Source: an uncultured Nitrospiraceae bacterium | Lineage (GTDB): Bacteria > Nitrospirota > Thermodesulfovibrionia > Thermodesulfovibrionales > Dissulfurispiraceae | NCBI GenBank assembly: GCA_963727805.1 | Contig: CAVSHF010000003.1 | Coordinates: 1,920,001-1,984,000 of the forward strand | Direction of reading: 5' to 3' | Length of the DNA stretch: 64,000 nt | Part shown: positions 20,953 through 29,660 of the stretch, one piece after another | Layout: each line of letters starts with the position of its first letter | Numbering within the stretch: the first letter of the stretch is position 1 | Position numbers and translations under genes: made by a program | Notes under the pieces: model-generated | Told to the model about the DNA's origin: nothing | What the model saw: the letters and a program-made list of their open reading frames with translations, nothing else | Databases searched by the model: none

Positions 20953-22605
20953 ATGTTACAGTCCTTAAATCCAACAAGAACTGAAAACTGGCGGAAACTG
21001 AGCGACAACTATAAGCAGATCAAGGGCCTGCATATGAAAGAGCTTTTCGCAAAAGACCCCGAGCGCTTTTCCAAATTCTCTCTGCGTTTCCAGGATATCC
21101 TTATCGATTATTCAAAAAACCGTATAACCGAAGAGACGATGCAACTGCTTCTTGGTATCACGCAAGACGTTAATCTCGCTGACTCGATAGAAAAGATGTT
21201 CACCGGAGACAAAATAAACACAACCGAAAACAGAGCGGTCCTCCATATAGCATTGAGAAACCGTGCAAATACGCCCATACTGGTCGACGGCAAGGATGTC
21301 ATGCCCGACGTCAATCGCGTGCTCGACAAGATGAAAGTTTTCTCGGAACGCCTTCATTCGGGAGAGTGGACGGGCTACAACAATCAAAGGATTACAGACA
21401 TCGTTAACATAGGCATCGGAGGCTCCGATCTCGGACCAGTGATGGTAACTGAGTGCCTCAAACCATATGCAAAAGATGGCATGCGCGTGCATTTTGTCTC
21501 GAACATTGACGGTACCCACATTACTGAAACTCTGAAACAACTGCATCCGGAAACGACTCTTTTCATGATAGCGTCAAAAACGTTCACTACTCAGGAGACG
21601 ATGACGAACGCATTTACAGCACGCAAATGGTTCCTCGATCACGCCGGTGATGATCGCCATATTGCAAAGCACTTTGTAGCAATCTCGACAAATGCCGAAA
21701 AAGTGAAGGCATTCGGCATCGATACGGAAAACATGTTCGAGTTCTGGGACTGGGTTGGCGGCCGGTATTCGCTTTGGTCTGCCATCGGACTCTCGATCGC
21801 CTGTTATATCGGCTTCGACAATTTCACTGAATTACTCCAGGGCAGCCACGAGATGGATATTCATTTCCGGAGCGAGGTGTTCGAACGGAATGTCCCGGTC
21901 ATCCTTGCGCTCATCGGTATCTGGTATACAAATTTTTTCGGTGCAGAGACTGAGGTGATCTTGCCATATGACCAATATATGCATCGCTTCCCTGCCTATT
22001 TTCAGCAGGGCAATATGGAGAGCAACGGTAAATCTATTGACCGGGCCGGGAGGCCTGTATCATATCAGACAGGGCCGATCATCTGGGGTGAGCCCGGCAC
22101 AAATGGACAACATGCGTTCTACCAGCTTATCCATCAGGGCACGAAGCTCGTACCTGCAGACTTTCTTGCCCCTGCAATCAGCCACAACCCCATAGGCGAG
22201 CATCATCCGATCTTGCTCTCGAACTTTTTCGCGCAGACCGAGGGGCTCATGATAGGCAAAGGTAAAGAAGAAGTCCTTTCCGATCTTTTCGAGGAGGGTA
22301 AAAACCGGGAAGAGATCAAGCGGCTTTGGCCATATCGCGCCTTCGAAGGAAACAAACCAACGAACTCGATTCTCTTCAAACAACTCACACCACGAACACT
22401 GGGAAGCCTTATTGCCATGTACGAACACAAGATATTTACACAGGGTGTCATATGGAATATATTCAGCTTCGATCAATGGGGCGTCGAACTTGGCAAACAG
22501 CTTGCAAAAAAAATAGTGCTGGAACTGAAACATGATCATTCGGTTTCGTCACACGATTCGTCTACTAACGGGCTGATCAACGCATACAAAGAATTGCGAC
22601 GCTGA
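20953..22605 (+). CDS. pgi: Glucose-6-phosphate isomerase
   Basis: [40 protein letters not shown]. Confidence 0.98.
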   Translation: MLQSLNPTRTENWRKLSDNYKQIKGLHMKELFAKDPERFSKFSLRFQDILIDYSKNRITEETMQLLLGITQDVNLADSIEKMFTGDKINTTENRAVLHIALRNRANTPILVDGKDVMPDVNRVLDKMKVFSERLHSGEWTGYNNQRITDIVNIGIGGSDLGPVMVTECLKPYAKDGMRVHFVSNIDGTHITETLKQLHPETTLFMIASKTFTTQETMTNAFTARKWFLDHAGDDRHIAKHFVAISTNAEKVKAFGIDTENMFEFWDWVGGRYSLWSAIGLSIACYIGFDNFTELLQGSHEMDIHFRSEVFERNVPVILALIGIWYTNFFGAETEVILPYDQYMHRFPAYFQQGNMESNGKSIDRAGRPVSYQTGPIIWGEPGTNGQHAFYQLIHQGTKLVPADFLAPAISHNPIGEHHPILLSNFFAQTEGLMIGKGKEEVLSDLFEEGKNREEIKRLWPYRAFEGNKPTNSILFKQLTPRTLGSLIAMYEHKIFTQGVIWNIFSFDQWGVELGKQLAKKIVLELKHDHSVSSHDSSTNGLINAYKELRR

Positions 22606-22752
22606 ATAATTTTATAGCGCGGCAAGCATTTATATAGTTGTTATAAGCCAGTGTTTAAGAGTGTGTAATTATCCGAAACATCAATTCGACCCGTCCAAGG
22701 CACCAAAGCTGCCTCAAAAATGCGATAACCCAAAGGGAGGTTTTTTCTACAT

Positions 22753-24435
22753 ATGAGCAATGAGCCGAACAAAATAATCTACTCCATGGTGGGGGTGGGG
22801 AAATACTACGACAAGAAACCGGTGCTGAAGGACATCTACCTGTCCTATTTTTACGGAGCCAAAATCGGGGTCCTCGGACTGAACGGATCGGGAAAGAGCT
22901 CACTCCTTCGCATCCTCGCTGGAGTCGACAAAGATTTCGTCGGTGAGACAGTATTGTCACCGGGGCATACGGTCGGGTTCCTTCAACAGGAGCCGAAACT
23001 CGATGAGACTAAAATGGTGCGGGAGATTGTGGAAGAGGGAGTCCAGGAAGTGGTGGATGCTCTTAACGAATATAACAAGATCAACGAGAAGTTCGCAGAA
23101 CCGATGTCTGACGACGAGATGAACAGGCTAATAGAACGCCAGGGAGTGGTCCAGGAAAAACTCGAAGCACTGGATGCATGGACCTTGGACTCGCGGCTCG
23201 AGATGGCGATGGACGCCCTTCGTTGCCCTGCCGGCGATACGCCAGTAAAGGTCCTTTCTGGCGGTGAAAAGAGGCGCGTGGCGCTCTGCCGGCTCTTGCT
23301 CCAGAATCCTGATATCCTTCTGCTCGACGAGCCAACAAACCATCTCGACGCCGAGTCGGTCGCTTGGCTTGAGCACCATCTGCAAAGTTACGCAGGAACG
23401 GTGATCGCAGTCACCCATGACCGTTATTTTCTCGACAATGTTGCTGGATGGATCCTCGAACTCGATCGCGGACAGGGCATCCCCTGGAAGGGGAACTATT
23501 CCTCATGGCTCGAACAGAAAAAGAACCGACTTCAGCAGGAAGAGAAGACCGAGAGCGAACGCCAGAAGACCCTCCAGCGCGAGCTGGAGTGGATCAGCAT
23601 GTCGCCGAGGGCGCGTCACGCAAAGTCCAAGGCCCGCATAAAATCCTACGAACAGCTTCTCTCTCAAGAAGCCGAGAGACGCTCAAAAGACCTCGAAATA
23701 TATATCCCGCCAGGACCTCGCCTTGGGGATGTGGTTATCGAGGCAACGGGGGTGAGCAAGTCTTACGGTGATCGCATTCTTTTCGAGGACATGACCTTTT
23801 CGCTTCCGCCCGGCGGGATCGTCGGCGTCATCGGCCCGAACGGTGCAGGTAAGACGACCCTCTTTCGGATGATCACCGGCCAGGAAACACCGGACGTGGG
23901 AACAATAAGAGAAGGCGAGACAGTAAAGCTCGCGTATGTCGACCAGAGCCGCGATGTTCTCGATCCCGAAAAGACCGTATGGGAAACGATTTCGGGCGGT
24001 GAGGACATGATTGCCCTCGGCAAGAGAGAAGTGAATTCACGCGCCTATGTCGCCAGGTTCAATTTCTCTGGATCCGATCAGCAGAAGAAGCTCGGAATGC
24101 TCTCTGGCGGTGAGCGCAATCGTGTTCATCTTGCACGCATGTTGAAGGAGGGAGCGAATGTGCTTCTCCTCGATGAGCCGACCAATGACCTCGACGTGAA
24201 TACCATGCGTGCGCTCGAAGAAGCACTCGAAAACTTTGCCGGCTGTGCGGTGGTAATTAGCCATGACCGCTGGTTTCTTGACCGTATAGCCACACATATG
24301 CTCGCATTCGAGGGTGACAGCAAGGTTTATTGGTACGATGGAAACTACTCGGAATATGAAGCCGACAAAAAAGCTCGCCTCGGCGCCGACGCAGAGCAGC
24401 CTCACAGGATTAAGTATCGTCAGCTCACGAGGTAA
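22753..24435 (+). CDS. ettA: Energy-dependent translational throttle protein EttA (ABC-F)
   Basis: [15 protein letters not shown], two LSGGE/DEPTN cassettes, IPPGPRLG, C-terminal PHRIKYR. Confidence 0.96.
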   Translation: MSNEPNKIIYSMVGVGKYYDKKPVLKDIYLSYFYGAKIGVLGLNGSGKSSLLRILAGVDKDFVGETVLSPGHTVGFLQQEPKLDETKMVREIVEEGVQEVVDALNEYNKINEKFAEPMSDDEMNRLIERQGVVQEKLEALDAWTLDSRLEMAMDALRCPAGDTPVKVLSGGEKRRVALCRLLLQNPDILLLDEPTNHLDAESVAWLEHHLQSYAGTVIAVTHDRYFLDNVAGWILELDRGQGIPWKGNYSSWLEQKKNRLQQEEKTESERQKTLQRELEWISMSPRARHAKSKARIKSYEQLLSQEAERRSKDLEIYIPPGPRLGDVVIEATGVSKSYGDRILFEDMTFSLPPGGIVGVIGPNGAGKTTLFRMITGQETPDVGTIREGETVKLAYVDQSRDVLDPEKTVWETISGGEDMIALGKREVNSRAYVARFNFSGSDQQKKLGMLSGGERNRVHLARMLKEGANVLLLDEPTNDLDVNTMRALEEALENFAGCAVVISHDRWFLDRIATHMLAFEGDSKVYWYDGNYSEYEADKKARLGADAEQPHRIKYRQLTR

Positions 24436-24502
24436 CACGACTAATTACCGAGCGTGTATGACTCAATTCCGCCTCGAGCAGTTGGCGGATCGGCCGCAAT
24501 GA

Positions 24503-24534
24503 AAAAGGGCAGATGCCTTAGCATCTGCCCTTTT
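24503..24534. terminator. Bidirectional rho-independent terminator
   Basis: aaaagggcagatgc-ctta-gcatctgccctttt, perfect 14-bp stem with A/T tails between convergent genes. Confidence 0.9.
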
Positions 24535-24559
24535 ATCTGTGAAAACAAGAATTCAAAAA

Positions 24560-24904
24560 CTATTTCGTTGCGGGTTCAGCCTTCTTCTCGGCTGCTTCCT
24601 TCTTGTCGCCAGCCTTCTTCTCGGCTGCTTCCTTCTTCTCACCAGCCTTCTTGGCTGCTGCCTTCTTTTCGGCCTTTGCCTTCTTGGCTGCTGCCTTCTT
24701 TTCAGCTGCTGCCTTCTTGTCGGCTGCCTTCTTTTCGGCTGCTGCCTTCTTGTCGGCTGCTGCCTGATCGTCAGCTGCCTTCTTGTCGGTTGCCTTCTGT
24801 TCTACCGTTGGAGCCTTCGTGTCCATAGCCTTGTCGGCTGCGAAAACTGCGGTTACGGAAAGAGCGAACAGCAAACATACCATCAGTGCTATTACTTTCT
24901 TCAT
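24560..24904 (-). CDS. Secreted low-complexity Ala/Lys/Glu/Asp-rich protein (Asr- or histone H1-like repeats)
   Basis: Signal peptide MKKVIALMVCLLFALSVTAVFA; (D/E)KKAAA repeats; GGGAGGTG SD; own promoter and terminator. Confidence 0.85.
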   Translation of the reverse strand: MKKVIALMVCLLFALSVTAVFAADKAMDTKAPTVEQKATDKKAADDQAAADKKAAAEKKAADKKAAAEKKAAAKKAKAEKKAAAKKAGEKKEAAEKKAGDKKEAAEKKAEPATK

Positions 24905-24956
24905 TCAATTCACCTCCCTTTATTTGTGGTTTAATACATCAATTGTTGATAATATT

Positions 24957-24972
24957 AGCAACTTACGTGCCA
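24957..24972 (-). promoter_or_regulatory. Sigma54 (-24/-12) promoter
   Basis: Minus strand TGGCACGTAAGTTGCT matches TGGCAC-N5-TTGC, about 50 nt upstream of ATG 24904. Confidence 0.85.
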
Positions 24973-25039
24973 TACCCCATAAAGGTCAAAATAGATTATT
25001 TAATAAAGATAATTCTCAAGCACAGAGCAAAAGGAAGAC

Positions 25040-25079
25040 CCTCTTTTGGGGAGGAATATCCTCTTTTGGGGATATTCCC
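25040..25079. repeat. 13-bp direct repeat (cctcttttgggga x2, 20-bp period) overlapping a ggaatatcc...ggatattcc inverted repeat
   Basis: Copies at 25040-25052 and 25060-25072; candidate enhancer site and/or thioredoxin terminator. Confidence 0.7.
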
Positions 25080-25104
25080 ATTAAACGCTGAAGACACAAC
25101 AGCT

Positions 25105-25446
25105 CTATTTGCCGAGTCGCTTGTTAATCAGGTCCTTTAGAGCGTCTTTTGACTGCCCGCCAACTGTTCGATCTGCTTCTTTGCCATCGAGATAAATAAT
25201 AACCGTGGGCGTGCCGCTAACCTTGCATTGAACGGCAACTGACGTCTGTTCATCACAATTCAGCTTTGCAAATCGCGCCTTACCCGCCATCTCTGCCGCC
25301 ACTTCTTCGTAGATCGGGGAAAATATTTTGCAATGTCCGCACCACGGCGCCCAAAAATAGACGAGCATAATCCCGCCGATCTTCTCCACTTCGGACATCC
25401 ATGTATCGGCCTTTAGTTCAACGATAATATTAGCCATGGGAACCAT
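25105..25446 (-). CDS. trxA: Thioredoxin
   Basis: FWAPWCGHC active site, cis-Pro GTPT; start may be 25437. Confidence 0.88.
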   Translation of the reverse strand: MVPMANIIVELKADTWMSEVEKIGGIMLVYFWAPWCGHCKIFSPIYEEVAAEMAGKARFAKLNCDEQTSVAVQCKVSGTPTVIIYLDGKEADRTVGGQSKDALKDLINKRLGK

Positions 25447-25656
25447 CCTCTTTGATAATTATTTATACCTTTTTTCCATTGCCATTGATAACAGAATGCA
25501 GAGTAAAATATATTACACCAAGAAAGAATGCTGCATCAAGCTATTGGGAGTTACAAGTTCAATTGGAGCAGACGACATGCCGCATGTCTATTTAAATTGT
25601 ATGTACCCTTCCTGTTCGCTGTACGGTTTCTTAGGAACAACCGAACTGACACAGTG

Positions 25657-25665
25657 TGTTATAAT
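25657..25665 (+). promoter_or_regulatory. Extended -10 promoter (TGnTATAAT), probably giving a leaderless transcript
   Basis: TGTTATAAT ends 6 nt before ATG 25672; no SD present. Confidence 0.65.
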
Positions 25666-25671
25666 TATTTC

Positions 25672-26040
25672 ATGAGGAAGATTATCATAATCCTGCTATT
25701 ATTCCCCACAGTCGCACTGGCGCAACCGACAATAATATTTGACACTGAAACCCATGATTTCGGGATAGTACGGGGTGACGAACCTCTCAAACATACCTTT
25801 GAGGTCTGGAATAAGGGGACAGAAGACCTGATTATTAAGAGGCTTGACGCACCCTGAGGATGTACTGCCGCAATGGCTAGTTCGAGTCAGATCAAACCCG
25901 GAGAAATAGGAAGCATAACTGTAACGGTGAATGTGCAACAGTACATCGGCAAGGTTACAAAGGAGATTGCGGTCTATAGTAATGACCCAGGAAAGCCGCG
26001 GGTGAACCTGCTGCTCAAGGCTGAAATTAGGAGCAATTGA
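25672..26040 (+). CDS. Secreted DUF1573-domain protein, probable selenoprotein (in-frame TGA at 25855-25857)
   Basis: MRKIIIILLLFPTVALAQPTIIFDTETHDFG..HTFEVWNKGTEDLII..AP-U-GCTAA..IKPGEIG.ITVTV..GKVTKEIAVYSNDP..VNLLLKAEI; TGA sits at the first Cys of the family CGCT motif and family similarity continues in frame after it. Confidence 0.85.
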
Positions 26041-26234
26041 TTCCCCTCAAACAGATAGCCACATCCGGACCATGCCGGAGCATATATTAGCCCAGATGAT
26101 TTTAGATAATGTTGTTTTATAGAGATTTTGTGAATAATTTCGGGGATGGCAATCTACCCAGCGAGGTTATATTTATATATCGAACATTTGATCCAGTCGA
26201 CATGTACGCACACGAAATAAAGAATACTGCAGTA

Positions 26235-26513
26235 CTACCTGATAATCCTGAGCCCCGCTTTATTATCCCCAACCCAGACCACTTTTGCCTCTACAGCGGG
26301 ACGAATAATGTTCACTGTGTTCCCCATACTAAGCCGTGCACTCGTAGCGATGCCAAAGCCGCTTTCGCTCATATCGACTATTTTGCAGCTCCATGTGTTT
26401 CCCCTTAGATCTGCAAATTCCGTCACTACCGCGCAGTCGAGTCTCGGCCGGCGTCTTTTTTCGCAATAAGTGTCCTCCTGTGGCTTCTTGAAAAAACGAT
26501 CCCACACTCCCAT
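26235..26513 (-). CDS. Stand-alone PilZ domain protein (c-di-GMP receptor)
   Basis: RRRPR (RxxxR) and DMSESG (D/NxSxxG) motifs; VVW..AGL. Confidence 0.85.
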   Translation of the reverse strand: MGVWDRFFKKPQEDTYCEKRRRPRLDCAVVTEFADLRGNTWSCKIVDMSESGFGIATSARLSMGNTVNIIRPAVEAKVVWVGDNKAGLRIIR

Positions 26514-27252
26514 ATTGATATATTAGCATATTTTGCGCCTGAAATAAATAATAATTCATATTATTGATACACTTATTCATTCTTTCCTGAAGCCTGCTAA
26601 TAGTAAAAATAATCGACATACAGTCTTTTAAATACCGCCAGAGGTAGTAAATAAAATTAAATAAACACACTAATTTGTTTCTAGCTAGTAGCTTTATGGT
26701 ACTGAAAAACTACATATTGTGTAAACAAAATCTAGGACATCAATGAAGTGATTATATTTAATAATCAATAACATAACCCCATCGATCAGCAGTAATTCAT
26801 GTTTTATTTCTGTGATGGTTGTCACCAATTCTTAATATTGTCTACTTCGATGCTAATTTTATAGCAGATAACAACAAATTACTGGTATACTAATAAAAAA
26901 TGGGCTATCATAAATTAAGGTTATTGTGGGGATTTTAATTATTTTGAGTATTGGCGAGCATGTTAATAAAAGCACATACAGAAACTCCAGGATAAGCCGT
27001 CCATTTGGCTGTTCGCTTTCATCCGCTAAAGTGATAGCTATATTTATCGATAATTACCTTAGAGACTTCTGAAATCTAAGTATGGTCCGGATAGGAATAT
27101 TTCCTCATTTCTCCCCTATATCGGATTTCGACGCTGATGTGCCATTTATGATTTGCAACACTTGGACCTTCTCGGTTATCACTACTGTAACTGAGAGGGC
27201 GGAGCAGTATTCTTTAATCAATGTGTACGCCTCGTAAGGAGTTGTAGCTATA

Positions 27253-27425
27253 GTGAAGGCCCTAGTCATCATAAGCGGTTTTTTGTTGATATTCTCCTGT
27301 GCAGGCAGCGAAAAAAGATGAACTGCTCTCCAAAAGAGCTTGAACTCATACGTGAACACAATCTGTCTGGCGCTGTCGTTCTTTTTAAGAACGCCATTAA
27401 TGAACTTAACCATGCGAAAATGTAA
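27253..27425 (+). pseudogene. prsT: 5' remnant of a PrsT-like PEP-CTERM-system TPR lipoprotein gene (two frameshifts, truncated)
   Basis: Removing one A from each A-run (27311-27316, 27332-27335) gives VKALVIISGFLLIFSCAGSEKDELLSKELELIREHNLSGAVVLFKNAINE..., a lipobox plus first-TPR pattern; lies directly before the sugar transferase. Confidence 0.6.
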
Positions 27426-27433
27426 ATAACGAG

Positions 27434-28801
27434 ATGGCACAAAAAATTGCCTTATTGGTTTTGGGAGACGTTTTGATATCGATCCTGGCGCTTTGTGTCG
27501 TTTTCCAATATATCGCATCCCAATTTGAGAGTGCCAGGGGGATGCCATTTCCAGGAATCCTGGAGAGTATTGTTTTTGTCTCCGTAACACTTTTTTCCTC
27601 ATATTTCCTAGAGCTGTACAGTCGGAAAAAAGTCTTTAGATTTAATTTGAAAGAGATGCCTGCCATTATCCTTCTTGCCATTGCAGTTTCCTTCTTTGTA
27701 TTGACGTCTATTTTCTTTATGTTCCCTTCCATAGCACTCGGACGACGCGCATTGCTCCTGTCCCTAGGCATCTACGGGCTATTGCAGTGCGCATGGCACA
27801 TCTCATATAAATCCTTTCTAAATCTGTCGGGAATGAAGCAAAAGGTCCTTATACTCGGGATTGGCGACCTCGCGAGAAAGATGGAACAGATCATGTTCTT
27901 GCATAAGACACAGTATGCCTTTGCCGGATACTATGACTTGTCATCGCAAATTTTACAGGATAGCACGTCCCCATTAGAGGCCACATGCGGAAGTCTTGTG
28001 GAGACCGCTAAAAGAGAGAAGATAGATAAGCTTGTGGTAGCCGTTACGGAACGAAGGGGAGTATTACCTCTCAAGGAACTCCTGAACTGTAAGTTTGCCG
28101 GTGTTGATATTGTCGATGCGCCATCTTTTTATGAAGAGGTCATGGGTAAAATGCTTCTGGAAAGCATTGCACCGGGCTGGTTCATATTCGCAGATGGGTT
28201 CAAACTGAATCAAACAATAAAATTCTTCAAGCGGCTCTCCGACATCTTTTTGGCCTCTGTCGGCCTCATACTCACTGCCCCTTTGTTTCCACTTGTTGCA
28301 CTGCTGATCAAGATCGATTCTAAAGGTCCTGTCTTTTACCGTCAGTTGCGGGTTGGAGAGGGGGAAATTAATTTTATGCTCATTAAATTCAGAACGATGA
28401 AGCAAAACGCGGAAACGCAAAGCGGTGCTGTCTGGGCCCAAAAGCATGACACGAGGGTAACTAGAATAGGGAGCATCCTCAGAAAGGTGCGCTTGGATGA
28501 ACTTCCGCAGTTTATTAATGTGTTGAAAGGTGAAATGAGTTTCATCGGTCCGCGCCCGGAAAGGCCTGAGTTTGTTGAAAAGCTTCAACGAACGATACCA
28601 TATTACATCCATAGGCATTTCGTTAAACCTGGCATTACCGGTTGGGCCCAAATAAAGTATAGGTATGGCGCCTCCGAGGAGGATTCTCTCGAAAAACTCC
28701 GTTATGATTTATACTATATTAAGAATCTCTCACTGTTGCTGGATACGTCGATCACAATAGATACGATTAAAGTCGTTCTCTTCGGAAAAGGAGCGCGATA
28801 A
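27434..28801 (+). CDS. Priming polyprenyl glycosylphosphotransferase, PEP-CTERM/XrtA-system type (TIGR03013-like)
   Basis: N-terminal TMs, ERRGVLP..ELL.CK, KFRTM, RLDELPQ..NVLKGEMSFIGPRPERP, KPGITGWAQ. Confidence 0.92.
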   Translation: MAQKIALLVLGDVLISILALCVVFQYIASQFESARGMPFPGILESIVFVSVTLFSSYFLELYSRKKVFRFNLKEMPAIILLAIAVSFFVLTSIFFMFPSIALGRRALLLSLGIYGLLQCAWHISYKSFLNLSGMKQKVLILGIGDLARKMEQIMFLHKTQYAFAGYYDLSSQILQDSTSPLEATCGSLVETAKREKIDKLVVAVTERRGVLPLKELLNCKFAGVDIVDAPSFYEEVMGKMLLESIAPGWFIFADGFKLNQTIKFFKRLSDIFLASVGLILTAPLFPLVALLIKIDSKGPVFYRQLRVGEGEINFMLIKFRTMKQNAETQSGAVWAQKHDTRVTRIGSILRKVRLDELPQFINVLKGEMSFIGPRPERPEFVEKLQRTIPYYIHRHFVKPGITGWAQIKYRYGASEEDSLEKLRYDLYYIKNLSLLLDTSITIDTIKVVLFGKGAR

Positions 28802-28810
28802 GGAGGAAAA

Positions 28811-29641
28811 GTGAAAACACGGCTTTTGTTGACAATGATAATTCTGCTTGGATTGCTTGGCACAGCCTATGGTGAAAGCTATGTGATAGGGCCAGAAGAT
28901 ATGCTTCAGATCAACGTCTGGGGCAATTCTGAATTGAGTGTCAGCATCCCTGTCAGGCCGGACGGCATGATCTCAGTACCCTTGGTTGGCGATGTGAAGG
29001 CAGACGGTCTTACGCCTGACCAGCTTAAGGAGTTTCTGGAGAAGGAGTATATGAAGTTCATCAAGGCCCCTAACGTAAGCGTCGTGGTAACTGCTATAAA
29101 CAGCTTCAAAGTCTATATCGTAGGCGGTGGAATATCAACCGGCGACAAAGGCGGCGGAGTATCATCGGGTATGATAACCCTCCGGAGAAGCACCACACTC
29201 CTGCAGCTCCTAGCCCAGATCGGGTCTCTCCAGGATGCTGATCTGAAAAGTGCCTATCTTTTGAGGGCTGGGAAGAAAATGCCGGTCAACTTTATGAAGC
29301 TGATCGAAAATGGTGATGTAACGCAGGACATCGATCTCAAGCGAGATGATGTCGTTTTCATTCCGCCCGATCTTGAAAACCGCATCAAGGTGGTCGGCGC
29401 AGTAAAGACCCCGGGGATGTTCCATTATATAAAGGGCATGACCGCTCTTGATGCTGTATTGAGCGCCGGAGGGTTCACAGAATTCGCTAGCCAGAATAGT
29501 GTCATAATCATCAGGCAGGAAGGCAGTGAAGTCAAGCATATCGCAGTAAAATTAAAGGACGTCATTAAAGGCGGCGATATGAGTCAGAACGTTCCACTAA
29601 AGCCCGGAGACATGGTAAACGTTAAATCGGGTATATTTTGA
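28811..29641 (+). CDS. Polysaccharide biosynthesis/export protein (Wza-like, SLBB repeats)
   Basis: YVIGPED.LQINVW, VRPDGMISVPLVGDV, two SLBB domains; AGGAGG SD, GTG start. Confidence 0.9.
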   Translation: MKTRLLLTMIILLGLLGTAYGESYVIGPEDMLQINVWGNSELSVSIPVRPDGMISVPLVGDVKADGLTPDQLKEFLEKEYMKFIKAPNVSVVVTAINSFKVYIVGGGISTGDKGGGVSSGMITLRRSTTLLQLLAQIGSLQDADLKSAYLLRAGKKMPVNFMKLIENGDVTQDIDLKRDDVVFIPPDLENRIKVVGAVKTPGMFHYIKGMTALDAVLSAGGFTEFASQNSVIIIRQEGSEVKHIAVKLKDVIKGGDMSQNVPLKPGDMVNVKSGIF

Positions 29642-29660
29642 TAGATTGTGAGGGGGAGTC

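Noticed and set aside
24570..24800. Short tandem DNA repeats resembling an array
   Set aside because: Codon-level repeats of KKAAA; no unique spacers and no cas genes, so not CRISPR
24539..24934. Leu/Cys-rich + strand ORFs (also 24454-24828)
   Set aside because: Antisense shadows of the Ala/Lys repeat gene, which has the SD, promoter and signal peptide
25528..25857. 109-aa ORF as given in the ORF track
   Set aside because: The N-terminal 48 aa look non-coding; the signal peptide starts at ATG 25672 and family similarity continues past the TGA
27434..27451. TGGCAC-N6-TTGC at the start of the sugar transferase
   Set aside because: Spacing one base too long and it overlaps the start codon
27105..27602. 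165-aa minus-strand ORF
   Set aside because: Overlaps the sugar transferase and the prsT-like remnant on the opposite strand; no recognisable motif
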